Shown: positions 9,660-18,475 of the stretch, one piece after another
Position numbering within the stretch: the stretch's first letter is position 1
Layout of the letters: every line of letters starts with the position of its first letter
Assembly (NCBI GenBank): GCA_965262615.1
Contig: OZ253545.1
Span: forward strand, 288,001-352,000
Direction: 5' to 3'
Source: Alphaproteobacteria bacterium
Lineage (GTDB): Bacteria > Pseudomonadota > Alphaproteobacteria > GM7ARS4 > G965262615
Length of the DNA: 64,000 bases
The notes under the pieces: model-generated
Told to the model about the DNA's origin: nothing
Databases searched by the model: none
Seen by the model: only the letters and a program-made list of their open reading frames with translations
Program-made: the position numbers and the translations under genes

Positions 9660-10559
9660 ATGAAAAAACAGGTGGGCATACAGGAAATCGGATGGCTGAT
9701 TGTGCTCTCCATGATTTGGGGCTCTTCGTTCAGCCTGATCAAAGGGGCGGTGTCATGGATGCCTCCTCTTTTGCTGGTGAGCGGACGGCTCGCCATCGCC
9801 GCGCTGATTTTCATCGTTATTTTTGCTCACATGACCATGCCTCGTCATCATTGGCGGCAATACGGTCATGGCTATGTCGTCATTGGAGCGTTTGGCAATG
9901 TGATTCCGTTCACGCTGGTGGGCTGGAGTGAACAAGTGATGGACAGCGCACTTGCCGCCATCATTGTGGGACTCATGCCCTTCTTCACCCTTCTGTTCAC
10001 CCACCTCATGACTCGTGACGAACGCCTCTCCCGCCGCCGCCTGTTGGGCATCATGTTGGGACTTCTGGGCATTGCTCTGTTACAAGGATTTGAACTCACC
10101 CTTCGCATGGGCAGTTCCGCCGCCCTGCTCGCCATGGTGACATCCACCATCAGCTACGGCTTTGCCGCCGCCTATGCGCGCCGTTGTGATGGTCACAATG
10201 CCCTTATTTTGGCGGGCTATTCCATCATTGTGGGTTTTTTGCTCTGCCTGCCGTTTGCCCTCTATCATCACTGGCACTGGCTCATGACGCCGCGCCCTTT
10301 TGATATCAATGCCACCCTCGCCGTTGTGCTGTTGGGTGTGGTCAACACCGCCCTGGGAGGCTTGATATTTTTTCGTATCGTGTTTCGCTCAGGTGCGCTG
10401 TTTGCCAGTGCGTCCAACTATGTGATGCCTCTGTTTGGCGTGAGCTTTGGTGTCATTTTTTGGAACGAAACGCTCGGCATCAATGCCATTGTCGCCATGA
10501 TTTTCATCATGCTGGGCTGTTTCTGCCTTGCGCCGCCACGAAAAAAGTCACGCTTCTAA
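9660..10559 (+). CDS. DMT/EamA family transporter
   Basis: IWGSSFSLIK, about 10 TM segments in two EamA repeats. Confidence 0.88.
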   Translation: MKKQVGIQEIGWLIVLSMIWGSSFSLIKGAVSWMPPLLLVSGRLAIAALIFIVIFAHMTMPRHHWRQYGHGYVVIGAFGNVIPFTLVGWSEQVMDSALAAIIVGLMPFFTLLFTHLMTRDERLSRRRLLGIMLGLLGIALLQGFELTLRMGSSAALLAMVTSTISYGFAAAYARRCDGHNALILAGYSIIVGFLLCLPFALYHHWHWLMTPRPFDINATLAVVLLGVVNTALGGLIFFRIVFRSGALFASASNYVMPLFGVSFGVIFWNETLGINAIVAMIFIMLGCFCLAPPRKKSRF

Positions 10560-10567
10560 TCACGCTT

Positions 10568-11125
10568 CTAGGGAGCCGGCACAATCTCTATCATGCCCGA
10601 TTGCGCAATGCCATCGTCAGTGTCACTGGCGATTTGATTCTCCTGCCCCGTTGCCCGCAGCAGTGTCTCCGTCCATTCAATAAAGCATTGACGAGCATCA
10701 TCCCACGCCAGTTCAGCCACGCGAACCGCCCGTGACACATACGCCTCCTCATCCACAATTTGCGCCGAACGACTGATAGAAGACACACAATTTCCAAACT
10801 TCCCATGCAATGCTTTCAGCGACTCCGATGAACTCAAGGACGCAGGCAAAGGCTCACTGTCACTCAATTGCTCCAATTTATCAGCCAATAATTCCTCCGC
10901 TTCAATAAATTGTTCCTCATCCAACACATCCTTATTCACCATAAACCCTTCCAGCAACCGCCCCTGCAAAATAATCGCCTGCCCCAACAGATTAGACCGT
11001 TCGGCAATCCATTCGTTGTATTGCATGGCTTCGGATGACGAGATATCGCCGTCACACGAGACCAGACCCAGCGAGGTCATCACCATCACCGCCGACACAA
11101 TCCAACTGCTCACCGTTTTTCTCAT
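10568..11125 (-). CDS. Hypothetical acidic lipoprotein
   Basis: Signal peptide with lipobox LVS-C; fills the gap between known genes; no recognised family. Confidence 0.65.
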   Translation of the reverse strand: MRKTVSSWIVSAVMVMTSLGLVSCDGDISSSEAMQYNEWIAERSNLLGQAIILQGRLLEGFMVNKDVLDEEQFIEAEELLADKLEQLSDSEPLPASLSSSESLKALHGKFGNCVSSISRSAQIVDEEAYVSRAVRVAELAWDDARQCFIEWTETLLRATGQENQIASDTDDGIAQSGMIEIVPAP

Positions 11126-11213
11126 GACTTTATGCCATCTAACACTTGCAAGAAAAAATAACAACCTCTACAATGAAAAGACTGTGAACCAATTCATGCA
11201 GAGGATTACAAAG

Positions 11214-11687
11214 ATGGAAATGGTGAGAAAACAACGCAACGCTCTGTGGTTGTGCCTGTTGTTGCTGGTGGGCTGTGAACGAGGGGGCGATTTGAGCGTG
11301 GTTGAAAAAACCATCGTGGATGCCACCCCCGGGCAAACCTGGGCAATCATTGGTGATTTTAATGATATGGAGCGGTGGCATCCTGCTGTGGTGCGCACCG
11401 AAATCTTGGATGATGGATTCTCCCGCATCCTTTATCTGGAGGATGGCGGCGAACTGAGAGAGAAACTCTTGGATTACACAGACGGGGTCTCCTATCGTTA
11501 TAAAATATTGAGTGGTCCCCTGCCTGTGGAAAATTATGTCTCCACTCTGTCGGTAGAACCAACCCAAGATGGACGCACTCGCATCACTTGGGAAGCCAAT
11601 TTTGATCCCACCGAGGGAACGGCGAATTCCGAAGCACAGGAAATCGTCCGCCGCGTCTATCGTGCCGGATTGGATCGCCTGCGCTGA
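11214..11687 (+). CDS. SRPBCC (polyketide cyclase 2 / MxaD-like) lipoprotein, paralog 1
   Basis: Lipobox LVG-C; W..IGDFN....WHPAV, R.L.L.DGG, YKILSGPLPVENYVSTLSV, YRAGL. Confidence 0.85.
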   Translation: MEMVRKQRNALWLCLLLLVGCERGGDLSVVEKTIVDATPGQTWAIIGDFNDMERWHPAVVRTEILDDGFSRILYLEDGGELREKLLDYTDGVSYRYKILSGPLPVENYVSTLSVEPTQDGRTRITWEANFDPTEGTANSEAQEIVRRVYRAGLDRLR

Positions 11688-11854
11688 AGAGTTGTGAATA
11701 GGGTGTCAACATCTTAAATTTAGGTTTTGAAAAGTCTCTGTTCTATTAGATTGTATCAAAGATATTCTAACAGATTGTCTTGACCCTTGCAAAAAAGGCA
11801 GTTTTGAAGTGGGGTGTCGCCTCTTTCTGACGCGACCCAATAATAAAGGAAGTC

Positions 11855-12004
11855 ATGATGATGATATTCTTTGGAAAATACACTCTTCTCGCTACCTTTT
11901 CCCTGCTGAGCGTTGATGTAACAGAGACCATAGAAGCTTTAATGTCATCTCGTCATTAAATCGTCCGCCGCGTCTATCGTGCCGGATTGGATCGCCTGTG
12001 CTGA
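11855..12004 (+). pseudogene. Chimeric SRPBCC remnant: diverged 5' end of a paralog-2-like gene joined to a 47-bp copy of the paralog-1 3' end
   Basis: 34-aa ORF 11855-11959 (MMMIFFGKYTLLATFSLLSVDVTETIEALMSSRH) aligns to the paralog-2 N-terminus; 11958-12004 matches 11641-11687 at 46/47. Confidence 0.8.
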
Positions 12005-12011
12005 TTAACCC

Positions 12012-12040
12012 TTGCAAAAAAAGCAAATGTGAGGTATAAC
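12012..12040 (+). promoter_or_regulatory. Putative sigma70 promoter of SRPBCC paralog 2
   Basis: TTGCAA, 17 bp, TATAAC; followed by AAGGAGG SD before ATG 12083. Confidence 0.65.
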
Positions 12041-12082
12041 CGTTCATCTTTTTCAACTTGACCCAATCGTAAGGAGGTCGCG

Positions 12083-12559
12083 ATGATGTTTTCTAAGTTT
12101 TCTAATAAATATGCTCTTTTGGCTGTCTTTTCCTTGCTGCTGGCATCTTGCGGCAGCGATAGCTCTGTCTCTGTGACAGAAACTCAAGAAGTTTCCATGT
12201 CACCCAGCCAGGTGTGGGAACAGATTGGTGCTTTTAATGATATGGGACGATGGCATCCCGCCGTTGCCCGCACCGACATGTCGCCAGATGGCTCGGTGCG
12301 CACCCTGGTCCTCCAAGACGGAGGGACAATCAACGAACGCCTTGTGGATTACAGTGACGGCAGCTTCTACAAATACGAAATCCTTGATGGCGTGTTGCCC
12401 GTGATGAACTATGTCTCCACCATTGCCATTGAGCCCAGCAACAACGGAACGATGGTGACATGGAGCTCCACCTTTAATCCTGCCGAAGGAGTCACCGCAG
12501 ATAAAGCTGAGGAAGTTGTTCGCGGTGTCTATCGTGGGGGGTTGAATAACATTCGCTGA
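12083..12559 (+). CDS. SRPBCC (MxaD-like) lipoprotein, paralog 2
   Basis: Lipobox LAS-C; VWEQIGAFNDMGRWHPAV, RTLVLQDGGTINERL, LPVMNYVSTI, YRGGL. Confidence 0.88.
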   Translation: MMFSKFSNKYALLAVFSLLLASCGSDSSVSVTETQEVSMSPSQVWEQIGAFNDMGRWHPAVARTDMSPDGSVRTLVLQDGGTINERLVDYSDGSFYKYEILDGVLPVMNYVSTIAIEPSNNGTMVTWSSTFNPAEGVTADKAEEVVRGVYRGGLNNIR

Positions 12560-12573
12560 TTGCTTCATCTCAA

Positions 12574-13797
12574 TCATCCCAAAGGCATAAATGAAACCAA
12601 AACGCCTCGCCCTTGCGGCGGGGCGTTTTTTTCGTGGCGAATCAAAACATCCGATAACGACATCAACCGTAGCATGGCACTGTCCTGCCCTCTGTAAGGA
12701 AAAAGCCAGCTGCGCCCCTTTGAGTCATGACGCAATCGCCCTCGTAGGAAAGCCAGCCTTTTGCCGTTGCTGGGCAAATCTCGTCCCAATTGTCCTTGTG
12801 ACCATGTCCTCGCTTTGCATCCTTGAGCCGCCGCCAGCATGGGCAACAAAAAAACACAAGCTCCCACCATCGCCGAGACCGGGTTGCCCGGCAGTGCCAC
12901 CAATGGCTTGCCGTGAATTCTCATAAAACTCAATGGCTTGCCGGGGCGCACCGCCACCCCAGAAAAAAGACACTCAATGGCAGAATCATGCCGGCACAAC
13001 CATGCCATCACATCATGCGCCCCTTGAGACACGCCCCCCGTGGTGACGAGAATGGACGCATCACTGCGCGCCATCTCGTCCAAACGCTTGCGCAATTCAT
13101 CAGGGTCATCAGGGACAATGCCCCAGTCGCGCGGCGCACTTCCATGAGCCCGCATCATCGCCATGATGCCATACAAACTGGACGGTGTCACAATGGGACG
13201 CTGAGGGTCACGCTCATGCACAGCGCGCGCATCGTGAGGCTGTAGCAATTCATCCCCAGTCGCCAAACACGCAATGACGGGCTTTGTTCTCACAGACACG
13301 CCGTCATGCCCCGCCGCCGCCGCCAACGCTATATCATAACTGGTCAAACACCTGCCCGCACGCAAGACAATTGCTCCCTCTTTGAAATCCAATCCCCGCT
13401 GCCGCACAAAACACCCACGCCGCCAGTAAGAAGCCGATGGCGTGAGATGAACCATGCCATCATGCGCCACAGAATCCTCAATGGGAATGACACTATCGCT
13501 GCCTGCGGGCATCACGCCTCCCGTGTAAATGCGCGCCGCCTGACCCCCATCAAGCGAGCCGTTCCAGCGTTGCCCTGCGGCAATCTCACCCACCTGCGTT
13601 ACCGTGAACGAACCTTGCTGTTGATGGGCAAGAGCGTAGCCATCCATCGCCGACACATCGGCAAACGGATGATGCCAGCGCGCACACACATCAGATGCCA
13701 AAACACGACCCTCGCTCTCATGCAATGGCACATCTTCCGTGTCGCTTGCGGGCATAGAGGGAATCATCTGTGCGAGGGCATCTTCATAGTCAATCAT
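12574..13797 (-). CDS. moeA: Molybdopterin molybdotransferase MoeA
   Basis: SAMDGYAL, RIYTGGVMP, ATGDEL, TTGGVS.G..D, VRPGKP, LPGNPVSA. Confidence 0.94.
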   Translation of the reverse strand: MIDYEDALAQMIPSMPASDTEDVPLHESEGRVLASDVCARWHHPFADVSAMDGYALAHQQQGSFTVTQVGEIAAGQRWNGSLDGGQAARIYTGGVMPAGSDSVIPIEDSVAHDGMVHLTPSASYWRRGCFVRQRGLDFKEGAIVLRAGRCLTSYDIALAAAAGHDGVSVRTKPVIACLATGDELLQPHDARAVHERDPQRPIVTPSSLYGIMAMMRAHGSAPRDWGIVPDDPDELRKRLDEMARSDASILVTTGGVSQGAHDVMAWLCRHDSAIECLFSGVAVRPGKPLSFMRIHGKPLVALPGNPVSAMVGACVFLLPMLAAAQGCKARTWSQGQLGRDLPSNGKRLAFLRGRLRHDSKGRSWLFPYRGQDSAMLRLMSLSDVLIRHEKNAPPQGRGVLVSFMPLG

Positions 13798-14245
13798 GAT
13801 GCCGCCGCCATGTTCCTGAGCGTCCGCCTTCTTTGGACACCAATTGCACATCGGTCACCGTCATGGAGCGATCCATGGATTTGCACATATCGTACACGGT
13901 CAAACACGCCGCCATCACCGCCGTCAGAGCCTCCATCTCAACGCCTGTGCGTCCATGATTTTTCACCGTCACCGTCACGCACAAATGACCATCCGACTCA
14001 AAATCACACGCCACATCAACCGACGACAGACCGATGGGATGGCACAACGGAACAATGGATGGTGTGTGTTTTGCCGCCATAATCGCCGCCACCTGTGCCA
14101 GCTGCAACACATCACCCTTGTCAATGCGTCCCGCAAGAATGGCTTGCTTGGTGCTGGCGAGCATCACCACCCGCCCCGATGCCGTTGCGGCGCGCCGCGT
14201 CTCTTTTTTGTCACCCACATCAATCATCCGAGAGGCTTTAGCCAT
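13790..14245 (-). CDS. moaC: Cyclic pyranopterin monophosphate synthase MoaC
   Basis: MIDVGDK, KGDVL, PLCHPI, TGVEMEALTAV, YDMCKS, KEGGRSG. Confidence 0.95.
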   Translation of the reverse strand: MAKASRMIDVGDKKETRRAATASGRVVMLASTKQAILAGRIDKGDVLQLAQVAAIMAAKHTPSIVPLCHPIGLSSVDVACDFESDGHLCVTVTVKNHGRTGVEMEALTAVMAACLTVYDMCKSMDRSMTVTDVQLVSKEGGRSGTWRRHHD

Positions 14246-15035
14246 CACATTCAATCCATTTCTTCAATTCGTTCCCCGGATGGGATGCCCGCATCAATTG
14301 CTCTCCCATGAGAAACATGCTCACTGACGCTTGCCGATAGCGCAAAAAGGTCTCTGTGTCTTTGATGCCACTCTCCGCCACCGCCAAGCGACCCTTCGGC
14401 AAGCATCCGTGAAGTCGCAAAGCCTCTTCATGATCAATGGTAAGATCGCGCAAATTGCGGCTGTTAACACCAATAAGGGCATCCTCAATGGACAAGGCTT
14501 GACGCAATTCCTCTTCATCATGAGCCTCTGCCAACACAGTCAGCTGCAAACGGCGAGCCACCGCCGCCAGTGTCGCGCTCTCTTTTGGCGACAGTGCCGC
14601 CATGATGAGCAAAATGGCATCCGCTCCACACGCACGAGATTCATACAATTGCCACTCATCCATGATGAAGTCTTTGCGTAAAATAGGAATTGAGCTGTTT
14701 TTTTTGGCAGCACTGAGATCATCAAGCGAGCCGCCAAACCATTGTTCTTCGGTCAAAACCGACAGGGCAGCCGCTCCCGCCCGTTCATACTGATGAGCGA
14801 TTTGAATGGTGTCATGATTCATGGCAAACTGTCCCGCACTGGGAGATGCCTTCTTAATCTCGGCAATGATGGCAAAACCTCGTTGCTTCACGCTCTTTTG
14901 CAACGAAGACACAAACGAGCGCGGCGGTAGCGATTGCATCGCTCGCCGCTTCATCTCATCAAGAGAACATTGTTGTTTGCTCTTCATGACCGACTGGCGG
15001 CGCGCCGTCATAATGCGTGTGAGAACATCACTCAT
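14238..15035 (-). CDS. trpC: Indole-3-glycerol phosphate synthase
   Basis: IIAEIKKASPSAG, LSVLTE, LRKDFI, GADAILLI, GVNSRNL, VAESGI. Confidence 0.96.
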   Translation of the reverse strand: MSDVLTRIMTARRQSVMKSKQQCSLDEMKRRAMQSLPPRSFVSSLQKSVKQRGFAIIAEIKKASPSAGQFAMNHDTIQIAHQYERAGAAALSVLTEEQWFGGSLDDLSAAKKNSSIPILRKDFIMDEWQLYESRACGADAILLIMAALSPKESATLAAVARRLQLTVLAEAHDEEELRQALSIEDALIGVNSRNLRDLTIDHEEALRLHGCLPKGRLAVAESGIKDTETFLRYRQASVSMFLMGEQLMRASHPGNELKKWIECDG

Positions 15036-15235
15036 GGCTCATGTGACAATAACGATGCAACACCTGCAAGGCTGTGCCTTCGTGCAGTGTTTAGAGCATT
15101 GTTGTTTGCTCTTCATGACCGATTGGCGGCGCGCCGTCATAATCCGTGTGAGAACATCACTCATGGCTCATCACTCATGGCTCATGCGACAATAGCGATG
15201 CAACACCTGCAAGGCTGTGCCTTCGTGCAGTGTTT
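14964..15235. repeat. 2 tandem copies (129 and 143 bp) of the trpD-end/trpC-start junction, with a nested 14-bp duplication
   Basis: 14964-15092 is similar to 15093-15235; catcactcatggct is doubled at 15155-15182. Confidence 0.97.
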
Positions 15236-16193
15236 GTTGTGCGTGATCAAAGGCGGTGGCAAGGTCATCGTGACGACCACTCACCACCGCCATCGCCGCA
15301 CCATTCAAAGCCACCGCCGATGCCAGCGATGAATTCTTGCCTTGCAAAACGCCTTCCATCAATCGTGCATTGTCATCGCCAGAGCCGCCCCCCAAATCAC
15401 TGGGGGCATGGCTTTTTATTCCCAAAGCCGATGGCTCAATGCACTCCTCAGTCAATGTGCCATCTTCGTGCAGAACGGTGACCTGTGTGGGCGCGTGGGA
15501 GACGATTTCATCGTAGCCGTCTCCATGAACCACCCATATTTTTTTGCCTCCCAAGCGTTTGAATGTGGAAGCCATTGTGGCGCGCCATGCATCATCAAAG
15601 ACTCCCATGAGGGCGATTTTGTTTTGTGCCGGATTGGCAAGAGGCCCCGCCATGTTAAAAATTGTTCGCACCGCCAGAGCCCGCCGCACTGCCGCCACAT
15701 GCTTCATTGCTCCGTGATACAATGGCGCCCACAAAAAACAAAAGCCACATTCGCGCAAGGATTTTTGCATCACATCAGCCTCCGCCTCAATGTTTGCGCC
15801 CAGTTTCTCCAAGACATCTGCCGACCCAGCTCGCGATGACACCGCCCGATTGCCATGCTTGACCACCTTCATTCCCATCGCTGCCCCCAGCAGTGCCGCC
15901 GCCGTTGATATATTGAAGCTGCCCTTGCCATCGCCTCCCGTGCCGCAATTATCAATCACATCATCATGGGCGGCAAACGGACGCATCACCTGACGCATCG
16001 CCGTCACCAGCAACGGCAGAGCTCGCGCTTCCGCGTCCCGTGCCATCAGCAATGCAAGCAATGCCGCCACCACCGCATCATCGGCATCGCCCGCCATCAT
16101 CTCATTGAATGCCGCCTCATAGAGGTCATCAGAGACCTCGTTGCCGTTCCACAATTGACTGACAACCTGATCCACATCCCTCTCAGCCGCCAT
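15171..16193 (-). CDS. trpD: Anthranilate phosphoribosyltransferase
   Basis: DNCGTGGDG..SFNISTA, KHGNRAVSSRAGSADVLE, RTIFNMAGPLANP. Confidence 0.96.
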   Translation of the reverse strand: MAAERDVDQVVSQLWNGNEVSDDLYEAAFNEMMAGDADDAVVAALLALLMARDAEARALPLLVTAMRQVMRPFAAHDDVIDNCGTGGDGKGSFNISTAAALLGAAMGMKVVKHGNRAVSSRAGSADVLEKLGANIEAEADVMQKSLRECGFCFLWAPLYHGAMKHVAAVRRALAVRTIFNMAGPLANPAQNKIALMGVFDDAWRATMASTFKRLGGKKIWVVHGDGYDEIVSHAPTQVTVLHEDGTLTEECIEPSALGIKSHAPSDLGGGSGDDNARLMEGVLQGKNSSLASAVALNGAAMAVVSGRHDDLATAFDHAQQTLHEGTALQVLHRYCRMSHE

Positions 16194-16758
16194 GACACAC
16201 CTCCAAAAACTGACGCAAAATATCATGACCATGCCTCGTGGCAATGCTTTCCGGATGAAACTGCACGCCATAAAACGGCAACTCCTTGTGAGTCATTGCC
16301 ATAATCATGCCATCATCCTCACTGACGGCATCAATGGTGAAACAATCGGGCAGGGATGCCGCCTCCACCACCAGCGAATGATAGCGCGCCGCCGCAAATG
16401 GATTGGGCAATTCCCGCAATAAATGATCTCCCTCATGACGAATGGTGCTCACCTTGCCATGCATGGGATTGGCGCGCACAACGCGTCCGCCAAACGCCTG
16501 ACCCAACGCCTGATGCCCCAAACACACACCCAGCAACGGAATCCCCTGTGTGCAATTGGCTTTAATCAAATCCAAGCAGATGCCCGACTCATTGGGCGTG
16601 CAGGGACCAGGGGACAGCACGATGCTTTGAGCGCGCGCCAGTGCGTCATCAACCGATATGGCATCATTGCGCACCACATCAAAAGACACCCCCAACTCGC
16701 CCATGTAGTGAACAAGGTTAAAGGTGAAACTATCATAATTATCAATCAACAGATGCAT
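16183..16758 (-). CDS. trpG: Anthranilate synthase component II (glutamine amidotransferase)
   Basis: [42 protein letters not shown]. Confidence 0.95.
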   Translation of the reverse strand: MHLLIDNYDSFTFNLVHYMGELGVSFDVVRNDAISVDDALARAQSIVLSPGPCTPNESGICLDLIKANCTQGIPLLGVCLGHQALGQAFGGRVVRANPMHGKVSTIRHEGDHLLRELPNPFAAARYHSLVVEAASLPDCFTIDAVSEDDGMIMAMTHKELPFYGVQFHPESIATRHGHDILRQFLEVCHGG

Positions 16759-16818
16759 TCTCGCCCCTTCACACAAAATGATAGCACGAAGACATCTTTT
16801 ATGCTACGATGCTCAGTG

Positions 16819-17547
16819 ATGGCTCGGCGCACAAAACTGACAAAAATCTACGAGGGCAAAGCCAAGGATCTGTTTGAAGGTCCCGACCCGCACACCCTCG
16901 TGCAATATTTCAAAGACGACACCACCGCCTTTAACAAAGAAAAAAGCGGGGTGATTGAAGGCAAAGGCATCATCAACAATCGCATATCGGAATATATCAT
17001 GGCACAGCTGAGCCAACATGGCATCGCCACCCATTTTCTCAAACGCCTCAATATGCGCGAACAACTGATTCGCAAAGTGGATATGTTCCCCTTGGAAGTT
17101 GTGGTGCGCAACATTGCGGCGGGCTCTATCTGTCGGCGGTTGGGACTCACCGAAGGCGATGCTCTGCCTCGCTCCATCGTGGAATACTACTACAAAGAAG
17201 ACCAATTGAGCGACCCTCTCGTGAGCGATGACCACATCACCGCCTTTGGCTGGGCAAGTTTTCACGAACTGGAAGAACTCTACGCTATTTCCTTGCGTAT
17301 CAATGACTTTCTCAGAGGCTTATTCGCCGCCGCCCATCTGGTTTTGGTGGATTTCAAACTGGAATACGGCAAAGACAGTGAGGGCAATATTATTCTTGCC
17401 GATGAAATCAGCCCCGATTCATGCCGCCTGTGGGATCAAACCACTCGGAACAAAATGGACAAGGATCGCTTTCGTCACAATTTAGGCGGAGAAGCCGAAG
17501 CCTATACTGAGGTGGCGCGCCGTTTGGGTGTCTTGCCCGCCGCTTGA
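16819..17547 (+). CDS. purC: SAICAR synthetase
   Basis: [52 protein letters not shown]. Confidence 0.97.
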   Translation: MARRTKLTKIYEGKAKDLFEGPDPHTLVQYFKDDTTAFNKEKSGVIEGKGIINNRISEYIMAQLSQHGIATHFLKRLNMREQLIRKVDMFPLEVVVRNIAAGSICRRLGLTEGDALPRSIVEYYYKEDQLSDPLVSDDHITAFGWASFHELEELYAISLRINDFLRGLFAAAHLVLVDFKLEYGKDSEGNIILADEISPDSCRLWDQTTRNKMDKDRFRHNLGGEAEAYTEVARRLGVLPAA

Positions 17548-17549
17548 AA

Positions 17550-17822
17550 ATGATGCGTTTTATTGTCTCTATTTGGCCCCGCAAGGCACAGCTGGACCCC
17601 CAAGGCACTGCCATCCACCATTCACTCGCTCAATTGGGATTTGACGGTGTCTCTCATGTCACGCACGGCAAGCAACTGGCGGTCACCGTGGAGGAATCCT
17701 CAGAGAAAAAAGCACACGCACGCATTGATGACATGTGTCGCACTTTGTTGGTCAATCCCATCACGGAGGATTACACCATTCGCCGCTCCGATGACGATGA
17801 CGCATCATGCACACCGCAATAA
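17550..17822 (+). CDS. purS: FGAM synthase subunit PurS
   Basis: LDPQG, LGF..V..V..GK, MC..LLVNPITEDY; lies between purC and purQ. Confidence 0.92.
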   Translation: MMRFIVSIWPRKAQLDPQGTAIHHSLAQLGFDGVSHVTHGKQLAVTVEESSEKKAHARIDDMCRTLLVNPITEDYTIRRSDDDDASCTPQ

Positions 17823-18475
17823 TCTCATTCCCTGGGTCTAATTGCGAAGAGGATGTGGCGCGCGCGCTCCATGAGGTCACGGGAGCTGCACCGTCGCGTC
17901 TGCGGCATGATGAAACCCAAGCACAAAAAGCCGATTTGTATGTTCTGCCCGGTGGCTTTTCCTTTGGTGACTATTTGCGCGCAGGAGCTCTCGCGGCACG
18001 GGCGACAATCATGGATGACATTGTCAAACGCGCCAGCAAGGGCGCGTATCTGCTGGGAATTTGCAATGGCTTTCAAATTCTGCTGGAGCGAGGATTGCTG
18101 CCGGGCTGTCTGCTGACCAATCATCATTTGCGCTTTCGCTGCTCCATGCAAGCTCTGCAAGTCGCCAATGCCGATACCGTCTTTACGCACCAATTTGCCA
18201 ATGATGAAGTCATTCACTTTCCCATCGCCCATCAAACGGGATGCTATCATGCCGATGAGACGACATTGAATCGCCTCAAAGACAATGACCAAATTGCCTT
18301 TCGCTATCATGACAATAATCCCAACGGCTCGGCGGACGGCATTGCCGGCATCTTTGATGACCACAAACGCATTCTCGGAATCATGCCGCACCCTGAGCGC
18401 GCCATGCACTCCATTCATGAATCGCAAGATGGAAAACGCTTTTTTCAAGGATTGCTTCATGCTCTTAAAAAATAA
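17807..18475 (+). CDS. purQ: FGAM synthase subunit PurQ
   Basis: FPGSNC, PGGFSFGDYLRAGA, GICNGFQIL, NPNGS, MPHPERA. Confidence 0.96.
   Translation: MHTAIISFPGSNCEEDVARALHEVTGAAPSRLRHDETQAQKADLYVLPGGFSFGDYLRAGALAARATIMDDIVKRASKGAYLLGICNGFQILLERGLLPGCLLTNHHLRFRCSMQALQVANADTVFTHQFANDEVIHFPIAHQTGCYHADETTLNRLKDNDQIAFRYHDNNPNGSADGIAGIFDDHKRILGIMPHPERAMHSIHESQDGKRFFQGLLHALKK

Noticed and set aside
15039-15164. trp attenuator leader peptide
   Set aside because: No Trp codons or terminator hairpin; fully explained by the junction duplication.
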